Assembly: GCA_040880525.1 (NCBI GenBank)
Contig: JBBDIG010000051.1
Location: 4,221 to 68,220 of the forward strand
Origin: Bacteroidia bacterium
GTDB taxonomy: Bacteria; Bacteroidota; Bacteroidia; CAILMK01; JBBDIG01
DNA: 64,000 nt
Direction: 5' to 3'
Part shown: positions 20,644 to 31,191 of the stretch, in pieces
Layout: each line of letters begins with the position of its first letter
Numbering within the stretch: position 1 is the stretch's first letter
Program-made: the position numbers and the translations under genes
The notes under the pieces: generated by a model
Databases searched by the model: none
Seen by the model: only the letters and a program-made list of their open reading frames with translations
What the model was told of the DNA's origin: nothing

Positions 20644-21219
20644 ATGGGAACAATGAAAAAAGCAGCAATAGGCGTGGTTATTTTAATGGTATCAGTAGTA
20701 AGGCTCTATGCACAAGAACTTTATTATACTGACAATGGCCATGTGGATTTTTATTCCAGCGCCCCGGTAGAAGATATTAAGGCTGATAATAATCGCGTCA
20801 CTTCATTTCTTAAAACCAATGGTGACCTGGTATTCGCAATTCCTATCCGCAGCTTTGAATTTGAGAAGTCATTGATGAAGGAGCATTTCAACGAAAAATA
20901 TATGCACACGGATAAATATCCCAAAGCAAATTTTAAAGGCAGGATCATCAATGTAGATGAGGTGGATTTCAGCAAGGATGGAATATACGATGCAACTGTA
21001 GAGGGTGATATGACCATTCATGGCATTACCAAACCATATAAAGTGGAAGGAACGCTTGAAGTGAAAGGTGAACAGATCATAGCAAAAGCAAAATTTCCGG
21101 TGGCGGTGAAAGACCATGATATAGAAATTCCGAAATTATTGGTAAAAAATATAGCCGAAGTAGTGGAAGTAACAGTAGATATTACCTACACTCCTCACAC
21201 AAAGTCATCCTCCAATTAA
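20644..21219 (+). CDS. YceI-like periplasmic protein (polyisoprenoid-binding family), paralogue 1.
   Basis: Signal peptide plus the YceI pattern ...EHFNEKYMHTDKYPKANFKGRI...TIHGITKP. Confidence 0.75.
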   Translation: MGTMKKAAIGVVILMVSVVRLYAQELYYTDNGHVDFYSSAPVEDIKADNNRVTSFLKTNGDLVFAIPIRSFEFEKSLMKEHFNEKYMHTDKYPKANFKGRIINVDEVDFSKDGIYDATVEGDMTIHGITKPYKVEGTLEVKGEQIIAKAKFPVAVKDHDIEIPKLLVKNIAEVVEVTVDITYTPHTKSSSN

Positions 21220-21323
21220 AGAAATCTCATTATCTCTTTTTCCAGGAAAGTGCGAGGGCCGGCCTCACCGCTATGTCAAAAAAGCCCTCCACTTTCCGTT
21301 TTATTTTTATATCATTGAATTAA

Positions 21324-21893
21324 ATGAAAAAGATTAAATTTTATCATACATTGATCTTCCTCCTGTTGCTAATCCAGCCAGGAGTTTTTTATGCTTTCAG
21401 CCAGTCGCAGTTGTACACGGTAAGCAGCGGGAATGTGAATTTTACAAGCGAGGCACCGCTGGAACTGATTAAGGCATCATCGCAAAATATCAAAGGATTA
21501 ATTGATCCTGCAAAGAGAACTTTTGCATTTTCAATTGAGATGAAATCATTCCATGGATTTAACAGCCCGCTGCAGCAGGAACATTTTAATGAGCGCTACC
21601 TCGAAACGGATCGCTTTCCACAGGGTACCTTTTCGGGAAAGATCATTGAAGACATTGACTTTGAGGCAGACGGAAGCCATGAGGTCCGGGCGAAAGGAAT
21701 GCTGACAATTCATGGTGTGGCGCAGGAAAGGATTATGAATGCTAAAATTATGGTAAAAGACAATGTGCTTACCATCAGCTCCAGTTTTCTTGTGCCGTTA
21801 AAGGAGCATGAAATCAGTATTCCCAAAATTGTTTATCAAAAGATTGCTCAGGAAATCCAGGTGGAAATGCATGTGGAACTGAAGAAACTATGA
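21324..21893 (+). CDS. YceI-like periplasmic protein, paralogue 2 (tandem duplicate).
   Basis: Same motifs as the first copy: EHFNERYLETDRFPQGTFSGKI...TIHGVAQE. Confidence 0.75.
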   Translation: MKKIKFYHTLIFLLLLIQPGVFYAFSQSQLYTVSSGNVNFTSEAPLELIKASSQNIKGLIDPAKRTFAFSIEMKSFHGFNSPLQQEHFNERYLETDRFPQGTFSGKIIEDIDFEADGSHEVRAKGMLTIHGVAQERIMNAKIMVKDNVLTISSSFLVPLKEHEISIPKIVYQKIAQEIQVEMHVELKKL

Positions 21894-24778
21894 CACGCCT
21901 GCTGCCCGGTTGGAGGATGAAATTTAGCTTAGCTCTGATACTTATTCTTATAGCGGCAGGTGAAGCTTGGGCACAGGTTCCCAATTTCCGTCAGTATGAT
22001 GTAGAAAAGAAGTTTCCGGGCATACAGGTAAATGTGGTGTACCAGGATCCCACAGGATTTATATGGTTTGGCACCAACGAGGGACTGATTCGTTTTTCAG
22101 GCACCGAATTTCAGCAGTACAACCTTGATAGCGTTGAGGCCCCGGCCGTAACAGCACTGCACCATGATGAGCATGGCCAGTTCTGGACAGGTTTCAGTGA
22201 TGGCACCATCGCCCGTTTCAGCCAGGGAATTTTTCAGCGCTTTGAACCTGCGGGGAAATTGCCGGCAGCCGCCATTACAGGGATCATCAGCGGGTCGGAT
22301 GATATTCTGTGGTTCAGCACCTATGGCGAGGGACTTTTTTATTTTACCAATAACAGGCTGTATAATATGAGTGAAACCGACCGGTTTCCTGACAATACAG
22401 TCTATGATATTGCAAAGGATCAACAAGGCCGGATTTGGGCGGGAACGGATGGCGGCATCGGCATATGTAGCTTTAGGAATAACCGGAAAGTGATTGTAAA
22501 GATCAACACTGAAGATGGGTTGCCGGACAACATAGTGACAGCCCTTGCTGCCGATGAAGAAGGAAATATCTGGATCGGGATGCATGATGCCGGGGTAGCA
22601 AAGTACATTGTCAAAGAAGAGCGATTCGCTGAGGCCCAGCCTGGAACCTGGCAGTATGGCCCGCTAAAGGATTTGACGGTTTTTGATGATGAGATCTGGG
22701 CGGGAACAGATGGATATGGAATTGTGATCATTGATCAACATAATAAATTGCACCGACAGCTCAATTATCCGGAGTTGCTGTCCACCAAAGTATTGGACGT
22801 AACGGGTGATGCTGAAGGCAACGTCTGGATATCTACGCAGTATGGGGGTCTTTTTTCCGCCAGCCGGAGGTTCAGCTTTCTGAAAATGATCGGCAATAAA
22901 AAGCTTGAAGACCTTCATGCGGTGCTGGCAGTTAACGGTAATGAACTCCTATTCAGTGACAGCCGGGGTTTATATAATTTTAATTTTAAATCCAAAGAAT
23001 TATCTCAATTGCTCCACACGGATGAAAATCATTTTGTGATAAGTCTTTATCAGGACACCTTCGGATTCATCTGGGCCGGCACTTTTGGGGACGGGCTTTA
23101 CCGGTTTGATGAAGCAGGAAACAAAAGCCATTTTACCGAAGAAAACGGACTGATAAATAATAATGTGCTTTCGATCAATGGTGAGGGCAAAACGATCTGG
23201 TTTGCCACATTGGGCGGAGTCAGCAATGCAGAACTCACTAAGGGTGAAGAGGTGAATTTCCGGAATTTCAGTGGCCGTGAAGGCCTCGGCACCAACTACA
23301 TTTATCAGGTTACACCCGGTAATAGAGGAGATGTTTGGTTTGCTACAGACGGCAAGGGCCTGGCCCGGTTCAGCAATGGCAACTTCGGAAGTTTTAATGG
23401 GATGGGTGGGCATGACATAAAAAGTGTGTACTCCGTAGCTGCTGATGATGCGGGTTACATCTGGTTCAGTACGGCTTCAGAAGGGCTGTTCCGGTTAGGA
23501 GGCGATACCGTCACTCATATCGGGCAGGAAGAAGGGCTTAGCGACCTGGAAATTACCGCAGTAATAAATGCAGGTACTGATCTTCTTGTATTGCACAAGG
23601 ATGGAATTGACCTGGTGGATGGAAAATCGCTGACGGTTCAGAACTACGGAAGCGAAGCCGGGATAGGGGATATAAATCCTGATCTTAATGCTTTTTCAAG
23701 GGACAATGCCGGCAACGTTTGGATCGCCACGCAGGAGGGATTGCTGCGATATCATGCGATAGAGAGCGGAAGATGGAAGCATCCCAAAACGGTATTGGAC
23801 GAAATGCTGATTTACCTGCAACCGCGAGAAGACTTCTCACAAACGCTGAAGCACAACCAGAACCATGTCAGCTTTGAATTCACTGCGCTCTGGTATCAAA
23901 ATCCCGGACAGGTAAGCTTTCAATACCGCCTTGAGGGCTTTAATGAAGAATGGATACAAACGCAGGACAGAATGGTGATCTACCCGAACCTGGCGCCAGG
24001 CAAGTACAATTTTCAGGTCAGGGCCACTGCAAATAATGATTTTGCCGGCATTCCGGTCATTGCCTATTCGTTCGTCATCCAGGCTCCATTCTGGACTTCC
24101 TGGTGGTTTTATGCCCTGTGTGCGCTATTCACGGCCGCCATTATTTATGGCATTGTGAAACTCCGCGAAAGACAAATGCAACTTGAGCAAAGACTGGAAA
24201 GAGAAAAGATAAGCTTCCAGTTTGAGACGCTGCGAAGCCAGGTAAATCCGCACTTTCTCTTCAATAGTTTTAATACGCTCATCAGCATTATTGAGGAGGA
24301 CAAGGAGGTGGCTGTGGAATACGTGGAAAATCTCTCCGAATTTTTCAGAAATATTCTCCAGTATCGCGACCGGGAGGTGATTCCCCTCCGCGAAGAGATT
24401 GAACTGATCAATGCCTACTATTATTTACAACGGAAACGGTATGGCACAAACCTTAGCCTGAATGTGAATATTCATACCCAGGACCTGGAAAAATATATTC
24501 CGCCCCTCACCTTGCAATTGCTCGTGGAAAATGCTGTGAAGCATAATATTATTTCACGAAGCAAACCGCTCGAAATAGAGATCTTTTCCACCAATAACCA
24601 TCATCTCATTATCCGAAATACCCTACAGAAAAAGCAGAAACCTGAGCGTTCAACGGGGATAGGACTGGAGAACATCAGAAAGCGGTATGGCATGATGACG
24701 AGTGAAGAGATCTTAATAGCCGGGGAAGGCAATCACTTTACGGTAAGTATTCCATTGATAGAAGCGAAACCTTTATAA
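21890..24778 (+). CDS. Sensor histidine kinase with periplasmic two-component-regulator-propeller repeats, a Y_Y_Y domain and a LytS-type kinase core.
   Basis: Repeated ...IWFGT/ GLIRF... propeller motifs, then YQYRLEGFNEEW (Y_Y_Y), a TM segment, and NPHFLFNSFNTL (LytS/His_kinase box). Confidence 0.8.
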   Translation: MTRLLPGWRMKFSLALILILIAAGEAWAQVPNFRQYDVEKKFPGIQVNVVYQDPTGFIWFGTNEGLIRFSGTEFQQYNLDSVEAPAVTALHHDEHGQFWTGFSDGTIARFSQGIFQRFEPAGKLPAAAITGIISGSDDILWFSTYGEGLFYFTNNRLYNMSETDRFPDNTVYDIAKDQQGRIWAGTDGGIGICSFRNNRKVIVKINTEDGLPDNIVTALAADEEGNIWIGMHDAGVAKYIVKEERFAEAQPGTWQYGPLKDLTVFDDEIWAGTDGYGIVIIDQHNKLHRQLNYPELLSTKVLDVTGDAEGNVWISTQYGGLFSASRRFSFLKMIGNKKLEDLHAVLAVNGNELLFSDSRGLYNFNFKSKELSQLLHTDENHFVISLYQDTFGFIWAGTFGDGLYRFDEAGNKSHFTEENGLINNNVLSINGEGKTIWFATLGGVSNAELTKGEEVNFRNFSGREGLGTNYIYQVTPGNRGDVWFATDGKGLARFSNGNFGSFNGMGGHDIKSVYSVAADDAGYIWFSTASEGLFRLGGDTVTHIGQEEGLSDLEITAVINAGTDLLVLHKDGIDLVDGKSLTVQNYGSEAGIGDINPDLNAFSRDNAGNVWIATQEGLLRYHAIESGRWKHPKTVLDEMLIYLQPREDFSQTLKHNQNHVSFEFTALWYQNPGQVSFQYRLEGFNEEWIQTQDRMVIYPNLAPGKYNFQVRATANNDFAGIPVIAYSFVIQAPFWTSWWFYALCALFTAAIIYGIVKLRERQMQLEQRLEREKISFQFETLRSQVNPHFLFNSFNTLISIIEEDKEVAVEYVENLSEFFRNILQYRDREVIPLREEIELINAYYYLQRKRYGTNLSLNVNIHTQDLEKYIPPLTLQLLVENAVKHNIISRSKPLEIEIFSTNNHHLIIRNTLQKKQKPERSTGIGLENIRKRYGMMTSEEILIAGEGNHFTVSIPLIEAKPL

Positions 24779-24789
24779 AAGAATTAAAT

Positions 24790-25563
24790 ATGATGAAACA
24801 TTTACGAATTCTTATTATCGAAGATGAGGAAGCAGCGGCAGGAAGGCTTGAAAAGCTGGTGCAGCAAATTGAGCCTGAAAGCATAATCCTGGCAAAACTG
24901 GAGAGCATTGAGGAATCTGTCAAATGGCTGAAGGAAGAAGAAAAACCTGATCTGATACTCATGGATATTCATCTGGCGGATGGTTCCAGCTTTCAGATCT
25001 TTGAGCAGATGGAAGTGAAAAGCCCGGTAATTTTCATCACTGCGTATGATGAATATGCTGTCAGGGCATTCCGGCTCAACAGCATTGATTACCTCATGAA
25101 GCCGGTGAAAAAGCCAGAGCTGCAGCAGGCGTTAGAGCGCTTTAAAAAGCTGCATGAGGGTGAAAAAGCCCAACTCAATTACCATGAACTGGCCAAGGAA
25201 ATACGGAAACAGGAGCAGCAGGTCCAAAAGCGTTTCCTCGTGAAAATAGGCCAATCGCTGAGGGCTGTGGAGCCTGAGCAAATTGCATTTTGCTACACCG
25301 AGGAAAAAATTACTTTTTTCTGCACTTTTGATGGCCACCGCTATCCTGTTGATTATTCGCTTGACAAGCTGGAGGAGCTTCTGGACCCCCATCTCTTTTT
25401 CAGGATCAACCGCCAGTTTATTATCAATATGAAAGCGATTGACAGCATGTACGCTTATTCCAAAGGCAGAGTAAAAGTAACCCTGAAACCGCCTGCTCCG
25501 GAACAAACCGTAGTGAGTGTGGAGCGCTCACCTAAGTTCAAAAATTGGCTGGAAGGGGAATAA
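24790..25563 (+). CDS. LytTR-family response regulator.
   Basis: Receiver domain LRILIIEDEEAAA...DLILMDIHLADGSSF plus a C-terminal LytTR DNA-binding domain. Confidence 0.8.
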   Translation: MMKHLRILIIEDEEAAAGRLEKLVQQIEPESIILAKLESIEESVKWLKEEEKPDLILMDIHLADGSSFQIFEQMEVKSPVIFITAYDEYAVRAFRLNSIDYLMKPVKKPELQQALERFKKLHEGEKAQLNYHELAKEIRKQEQQVQKRFLVKIGQSLRAVEPEQIAFCYTEEKITFFCTFDGHRYPVDYSLDKLEELLDPHLFFRINRQFIINMKAIDSMYAYSKGRVKVTLKPPAPEQTVVSVERSPKFKNWLEGE

Positions 25564-25611
25564 CTGTTCAACGTTATAATGTTCAACGTTCACTGCTCAC
25601 TGATAACTGCC

Positions 25612-26682
25612 TCACTGTTCACTACTAAACAATTCCGGGTTCAGGTCGCTGAATTTCTTTTTGCCATTAACAAAAAACGCTTTGACGATGCTTCCCCTGT
25701 ATACGCCTTTAACGTGATGGAAATCAAGCCGTTTTTTAATTTCCTTGCGCTTAGAGATCCACTTTGGCTGGTAAAAATAAAAGCTGAGATGGGCTCGTAG
25801 AATGGCGAAGAAAAACCCTGATTTTCCTTTGGCCAGTGCCTCCATTGCGGCTACGCCATCCAGCACCATGCGGGTAAATATTTTTGAGAAAGCAGCCTTG
25901 AGCGGCAAATTTTTCTGAAGCATAATAAGGCTGTTCCGGAAATTCAGAAATGTTTTCCTGGGATTATCCTTGGGCAGGCTGCCTCCACCCACATGGTAAA
26001 CGACAGATTGTGGCACAACCTTCAGGGAATGGCCGGCATTCTTCATACGCCAACACAGATCTATTTCCTCCATGTGCGCAAAAAAGTCCTCGTCAAAACC
26101 TCCGAACCTGTGGAAAATATTGGGCCTGATGAACATGCAGGCGCCAGAAGTCCAGAAAACTTCCTCCACCGTATTGTATTGTCCCTCATCTTCTTCTAAT
26201 TCAGAGAAAAGGCGGCCCCGACAAAAGGGGTAGCCGTAGGCATCAATATATCCGCCTGAAGCACCGGCATATTCGAAATGGCTGCGCCTGGCGAGCATCC
26301 TGATCTTTGGCTGACAGGCAACAATATTTTTGTCCTGCTCCATCACCTCAATCACCGGTGATATCCAGTTTTTTGTCACCTCCACATCCGAATTCAGCAA
26401 TACATAATAATCCGTCCGGATCTGCTTCAGCGCTGTGTTGTAGCCTCCGGCAAATCCTTCATTGGTGGCATTAACGATGATCTCAACTTCCGGGAACTGT
26501 TGCTGCAGAAATTCCACTGAACCATCTGTAGAGGCATTATCGGCTATAATGATCCGCAGATTCGGATAGGTTGTGTTCAGCACTGAAGGCAGGTATTCTT
26601 CAAGGAAGTGGCGCCCATTCCAATTCAGGATCACAACAGAAACCTCTGGCAGCGCTTTTCGATGCGGATCGGGAATTACCAT
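25612..26682 (-). CDS. Family 2 glycosyltransferase.
   Basis: VSVVILNWNGRHFLEEYLPSVL...IIADNASTDGS is GT2 DXD-type. Confidence 0.75.
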   Translation of the reverse strand: MVIPDPHRKALPEVSVVILNWNGRHFLEEYLPSVLNTTYPNLRIIIADNASTDGSVEFLQQQFPEVEIIVNATNEGFAGGYNTALKQIRTDYYVLLNSDVEVTKNWISPVIEVMEQDKNIVACQPKIRMLARRSHFEYAGASGGYIDAYGYPFCRGRLFSELEEDEGQYNTVEEVFWTSGACMFIRPNIFHRFGGFDEDFFAHMEEIDLCWRMKNAGHSLKVVPQSVVYHVGGGSLPKDNPRKTFLNFRNSLIMLQKNLPLKAAFSKIFTRMVLDGVAAMEALAKGKSGFFFAILRAHLSFYFYQPKWISKRKEIKKRLDFHHVKGVYRGSIVKAFFVNGKKKFSDLNPELFSSEQ

Positions 26683-26755
26683 TTTTCAATATTTAAGTTT
26701 AAATGAAACCGTTCTGATTTTATAAAAAATATATAAAAGGAATTGAATTTTAATC

Positions 26756-27628
26756 TCAAAAGATAACGCGCCTGTCAGCATGTTTCCAGCGCCTGTGGCT
26801 CCAGAGCCAGAATGGAGGTTGTTGCCTCAGCGCATTTTCCAGTTTCCGGATGTACATTTTCATGATGTCTCCCTCCCTCATCTCGTTGCTGTTGTCACTT
26901 ATCAGTTCCACCCGTATCTCATACCTGCCCCGCTTCCTGCGGTGGATGAAGAGCATATAAACCGGTAAATCGAATCGTCTTGCCATGCTTTCCGGACCGG
27001 CAAAAAAAGGCACTTCCCTGTGCATGAATTCCATCCATAATCCCGCTTCCCCCTGCGTGCTGGTCTGGTCGGCTATAAAAATGCCGATGGGAGCCGTATC
27101 CTGTTCGCGCAGCAACCTGCGAAGGATCAGCTTCATTGGCACCGGCTCAATACCAAAGCGGCTGCGGAGCCTGTGCATCAGGTTGTCGGCAATGGCGCTT
27201 CGCTGCACTTTGTAAGCGGCCATTGTTTTTTTCTGCATGTGCAGGTCCAGCGCCATTCCGCCCCATTCCCAGTTGCCATAATGAGCAGTCAGCACAATAG
27301 CTGTTTTTGGCGTATTGGCCAGGTGTTTAAAATCCTCGTTTTCCACTAGCTTTACGCGCTCAAGCAGGGATCCGGCTGACATACTCACGAGCTTAACGGT
27401 TTCTGCCATCAGGTTCGCAAAGTGCCGGTAAAACTGCTTTTCTGTTCGCCTCAGCGCTTCCCGGTCTTTTTCAGGAAATGCATGTTGCAGGTTGGAACGA
27501 ATGATCTCCCTGCGGTATCCCGCTCCATAAAAGTTGATCAGAAAAAATATATCCGAAAGCGCATACAATGCACCCAGCGGAAGCAGGGAGAGAATATAAA
27601 GCAGAGAGTAAACGATGCGGGTGGCCAA
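26756..27628 (-). CDS. Lipid A biosynthesis (Kdo2-lipid IVA) late acyltransferase, LpxL/HtrB family.
   Basis: N-terminal TM segment, the LpxL-like pattern ...HYGNWEWGG..., and overall length. Confidence 0.6.
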   Translation of the reverse strand: MATRIVYSLLYILSLLPLGALYALSDIFFLINFYGAGYRREIIRSNLQHAFPEKDREALRRTEKQFYRHFANLMAETVKLVSMSAGSLLERVKLVENEDFKHLANTPKTAIVLTAHYGNWEWGGMALDLHMQKKTMAAYKVQRSAIADNLMHRLRSRFGIEPVPMKLILRRLLREQDTAPIGIFIADQTSTQGEAGLWMEFMHREVPFFAGPESMARRFDLPVYMLFIHRRKRGRYEIRVELISDNSNEMREGDIMKMYIRKLENALRQQPPFWLWSHRRWKHADRRVIF

Positions 27629-27683
27629 AAAACGTGGTATTAATTCAGGGCAAAATTAGAAGAACGGGTTTCAGCACAGGTCT

Positions 27684-29468
27684 TTACATTCTTTCAGGCA
27701 TTTCGATGCCCAGCAGTTTCATCGCATTTATGAGGGTGGTGCCGACTTTCTCAGAAAGCCGGAGGCGGAATTGACGCTTTTGCTCGTCCGGCTCAGGCAA
27801 TATTGGCAGTTCATGATAAAACTTGTTGTAGCTTTTTGCCAGTTCAAATCCATATTCTGCAATTACTGCGGGGCTCATTTGCGTTTCGGCCTCCTGTAGT
27901 TTATCGCCAAAATGATAGAGTAGTTTGATCAACTCTATCTCAAAGGAATGCAGTTCGGGGCAGGGAAGCTCGCTTGACGCCAGGCCGCGTTCCTTCGCCT
28001 TGGCCAGCAACGAATGGATGCGTGCGTAAGAATATTGGATGAATGGCCCGGTGTGGCCCTGGAAGTCAATACTGGCCTGGGGATTAAAGGTCATTCTCTT
28101 TTTAGGATCCACGCTCAGGATAAAGAATTTCAGGGCGGCCAGGCCGATTTGGCGATAGAGTTTTTGCCTTTCGTCTTCTTCGAGGTGAGCCAGCTTGCCT
28201 GATTCGCGGGTATATTTTTCAGCCACCTCAAACATTTCCAGCATCAGGTCGTCAGCGTCCACCACGGTTCCTTCGCGGCTTTTCATTTTCCCTGTGGGCA
28301 AATCCACCATACCATAAGAAAGATGATATATTTTGTCCCAAACGGGGTGTTCCAGTTTTTTGAGAATGAGGGAAAGCACCTTGAAATGATAATCCTGTTC
28401 ATTGCCCACTACGTAAACGCTTTGGTCCAGGCGATAATCATCGAACTTTAGCTGAGCCGTTCCCAGATCCTGAGTGATGTAGACAGAGGTACCATCCGCG
28501 CGCAGCAGGAGCTTCTGGTCCAAACCTTCATCTGCCAGGTCTACCCAAATGGAACCATCTTCTTTTTTAAAGAAAACGCCTTTTTCCAGTCCTTTCAGCA
28601 CCAATTCTTTTCCCAGCAGGTAGGTTTCTGATTCGTAATAGAATTTATCGAAATCCACTCCCAGGGTTTCGTAGGTTTTCTCAAATCCTTCGTATACCCA
28701 GCCGTTCATGGTTTCCCAAAGCTGACGCACCTGCGGGTCATTTCGCTCCCAGTCCGAAAGCATTTTCCTGGCTTCCTGCTGTATCGGAGCATTTCTTTCC
28801 GCCTCCTCAGGTGCAGCCCCTTCCCGGATCATGTGCTGCATTTCCTTTTGATATTCGGTGTTGTAGACCACGTAATAGTCGCCTACAAAATGATCTCCCT
28901 TTATGCCTTCGCTTTCCGGTGTTTTGCCTTCTCCGAATTTTTGCCATGCAAGCATTGATTTGCAAATGTGGATGCCCCGGTCGTTCACCAGATTGGCCTT
29001 GATCACGTTGTGGCTGCGCGCCTTCAGTATTTCCGCAATGGAATATCCCAGCAGGATATTGCGAATATGGCCGAGGTGAAGCGGCTTATTGGTATTTGGC
29101 GAAGAATATTCCACCATGATGGTTTTCGGCTGTTCCGGCTTTGCGAAACCGGGAAGGTCTTTTTCTGCGATCGCTTCCTTTAGGTAGGAATGCCAGAATG
29201 ATTGAGCGATGGTGAGGTTCAAAAAACCTTTGGCCACGCTGTACGTCTCTATTTCATTGAGCTTTATCAGTTGCTCACCCACGTCAGTTGCCGTTTGTTC
29301 TGGCGATTTGTGGCTATGGCGGGTAAGGGGGAAAACTACAAGCGTATAGTCGCCCTCAAATTCTTTTCTCGTTTCCTGCACCTGAAGAGTTTGCGGGTCG
29401 GTTTCTACATCATACAGCTTCTGAAAAGCAGCGGCTGCCGCTTCCTGTATTATATTATGAATATGCAT
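27684..29468 (-). CDS. argS: Arginine--tRNA ligase.
   Basis: SSPNTNKPLHLGHIRN (HIGH) and GKMKSREG (KMSKS-like) in an ArgRS-length protein. Confidence 0.9.
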   Translation of the reverse strand: MHIHNIIQEAAAAAFQKLYDVETDPQTLQVQETRKEFEGDYTLVVFPLTRHSHKSPEQTATDVGEQLIKLNEIETYSVAKGFLNLTIAQSFWHSYLKEAIAEKDLPGFAKPEQPKTIMVEYSSPNTNKPLHLGHIRNILLGYSIAEILKARSHNVIKANLVNDRGIHICKSMLAWQKFGEGKTPESEGIKGDHFVGDYYVVYNTEYQKEMQHMIREGAAPEEAERNAPIQQEARKMLSDWERNDPQVRQLWETMNGWVYEGFEKTYETLGVDFDKFYYESETYLLGKELVLKGLEKGVFFKKEDGSIWVDLADEGLDQKLLLRADGTSVYITQDLGTAQLKFDDYRLDQSVYVVGNEQDYHFKVLSLILKKLEHPVWDKIYHLSYGMVDLPTGKMKSREGTVVDADDLMLEMFEVAEKYTRESGKLAHLEEDERQKLYRQIGLAALKFFILSVDPKKRMTFNPQASIDFQGHTGPFIQYSYARIHSLLAKAKERGLASSELPCPELHSFEIELIKLLYHFGDKLQEAETQMSPAVIAEYGFELAKSYNKFYHELPILPEPDEQKRQFRLRLSEKVGTTLINAMKLLGIEMPERM

Positions 29469-29723
29469 TGAGTTTTGAAATTAAGCCTGCGAAGTTAGAG
29501 CGGATGTGGCAATGCACTGCCCCTTTAGCTCATTCTGAGAGCGCGGAGCCGAGATGAAATAAGTTCCTCCTGTATAAGATTATCCCGAAAATGGGATAAT
29601 TTCAAAATTCCGGTTACCATATTTGCAGCGGCCTGACAGCAAAACCCTCAGCCTCCGGCCTTTGTTAATTCAGGGGCACACCTGTACTTTTGCCCTCTTT
29701 TCCAGACAAAAAAATTTGATATT

Positions 29724-31172
29724 ATGCCGGCCACCCCAATTATTAAAATCCAAAAAACAGATCCTGAAAAAGCAATTGCAATACTTGTGGAGGCAGGTAC
29801 AGAACCGCAACTAAGCAATGTACCGCTATCAGCACAGGAGCAGGAATATATTCAGAAGAAGATTGCAGCGGGGGTGAAGCAAATTTTTCTTCACAAACCC
29901 GGAGAACCGGTGGTGGTACAGGTAGTTCCGGCTCAGCCTGTCCGGTATAAGCAATTGGAGGAGGCCCGAAAAGCCGGTGATAAATTGCAGCAGGCGCTCA
30001 ACGAGCAGAAAATAGCTGAAGTGCAACTGCTCACTTTTCCAGCAGATGAGGACCTGGTATTGGCCTTTGCAGAAGGAATGGCCCTGGCGAATTACCGGTT
30101 TCTGAAATACAAAAGCGGCAAGGAGGAAAGCTCCATCCGGAAGATCATGGCACTGGCCCCGGAACTGGGAAAGCAAAAACTTGTTCAGCTTAATGCCAAT
30201 ATTGAAGGCACCTGCATCGCCCGTGATCTTGTAAATGAACCGGTGATCTTTCTTTCAGCAGAAGAACTCAGCAAGCAGATCACGGCTTATGGAAATGAGG
30301 CGGGATATAAAACCGAAGTGCTCCGCAAACCCAAATTGCAGAGCCTGAAAATGGGTGGTTTGCTGGCCGTCAATGCTGGCAGCCAGGATCCTCCTACTTT
30401 CAACATATTAGAATATAAGCCCAAAAAGGCGGTTAACAAACAGCCGGTGGTGTTGATAGGGAAGGGAGTGGTTTATGACACAGGCGGCCTGAGCCTGAAA
30501 CCTACAGCCGGATCAATGGACAGTATGAAGAGCGATATGGCGGGATCTGCTGCCGTTGTGGGAACGCTCTATTCTGTTGCCAAAAGCAAATTGCCGCTGC
30601 ACGTGATAGGACTTATTCCTGCAACGGATAACAGGCCCGGAGAAAAAGCCATCACTCCGGGAGACGTGATCACCATGTTTGATGGGCAAACCGTGGAGGT
30701 GCTTAATACAGATGCTGAAGGCCGTCTCATCCTGGCCGATGCGCTTACCTACGCCAAGCGATATGAGCCTAGCCTCGTGATAGATCTTGCTACCCTGACC
30801 GGAGCAGCACATGCAGCAGTTGGTCATTACGGAATTGTGGTGATGGGCACTGCAAATAGTGACGTAAAGAAAGCACTGGAAGAAAGCGGCAGGCGCATTT
30901 ATGAACGGTTGGTGGAATTTCCGATTTGGGACGAATATGATGAAATGCTGGAATCCGATATAGCTGATATGAAGAATATTGGCGGATCAGTGGGTGGCGC
31001 TATAACAGCCGGCATGTTCCTCAAGAAATTCACTGATTTTCCCTGGATCCACATGGATATTGCCGGACCTGCTTTTTTGACCAAGAAGGACAGTTATCGC
31101 GGAAAGAATGGAACAGGAGCGGGAGTGAGGTTGCTTTGTCAATATCTTCAAACCATGGCCGGAGCCGAATAA
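29724..31172 (+). CDS. Leucyl aminopeptidase (M17 family).
   Basis: NTDAEGRLILADALTYA and GKGVVYDTGG are M17 signatures. Confidence 0.85.
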   Translation: MPATPIIKIQKTDPEKAIAILVEAGTEPQLSNVPLSAQEQEYIQKKIAAGVKQIFLHKPGEPVVVQVVPAQPVRYKQLEEARKAGDKLQQALNEQKIAEVQLLTFPADEDLVLAFAEGMALANYRFLKYKSGKEESSIRKIMALAPELGKQKLVQLNANIEGTCIARDLVNEPVIFLSAEELSKQITAYGNEAGYKTEVLRKPKLQSLKMGGLLAVNAGSQDPPTFNILEYKPKKAVNKQPVVLIGKGVVYDTGGLSLKPTAGSMDSMKSDMAGSAAVVGTLYSVAKSKLPLHVIGLIPATDNRPGEKAITPGDVITMFDGQTVEVLNTDAEGRLILADALTYAKRYEPSLVIDLATLTGAAHAAVGHYGIVVMGTANSDVKKALEESGRRIYERLVEFPIWDEYDEMLESDIADMKNIGGSVGGAITAGMFLKKFTDFPWIHMDIAGPAFLTKKDSYRGKNGTGAGVRLLCQYLQTMAGAE

Positions 31173-31191
31173 AAGTATATTATTACAGAAA

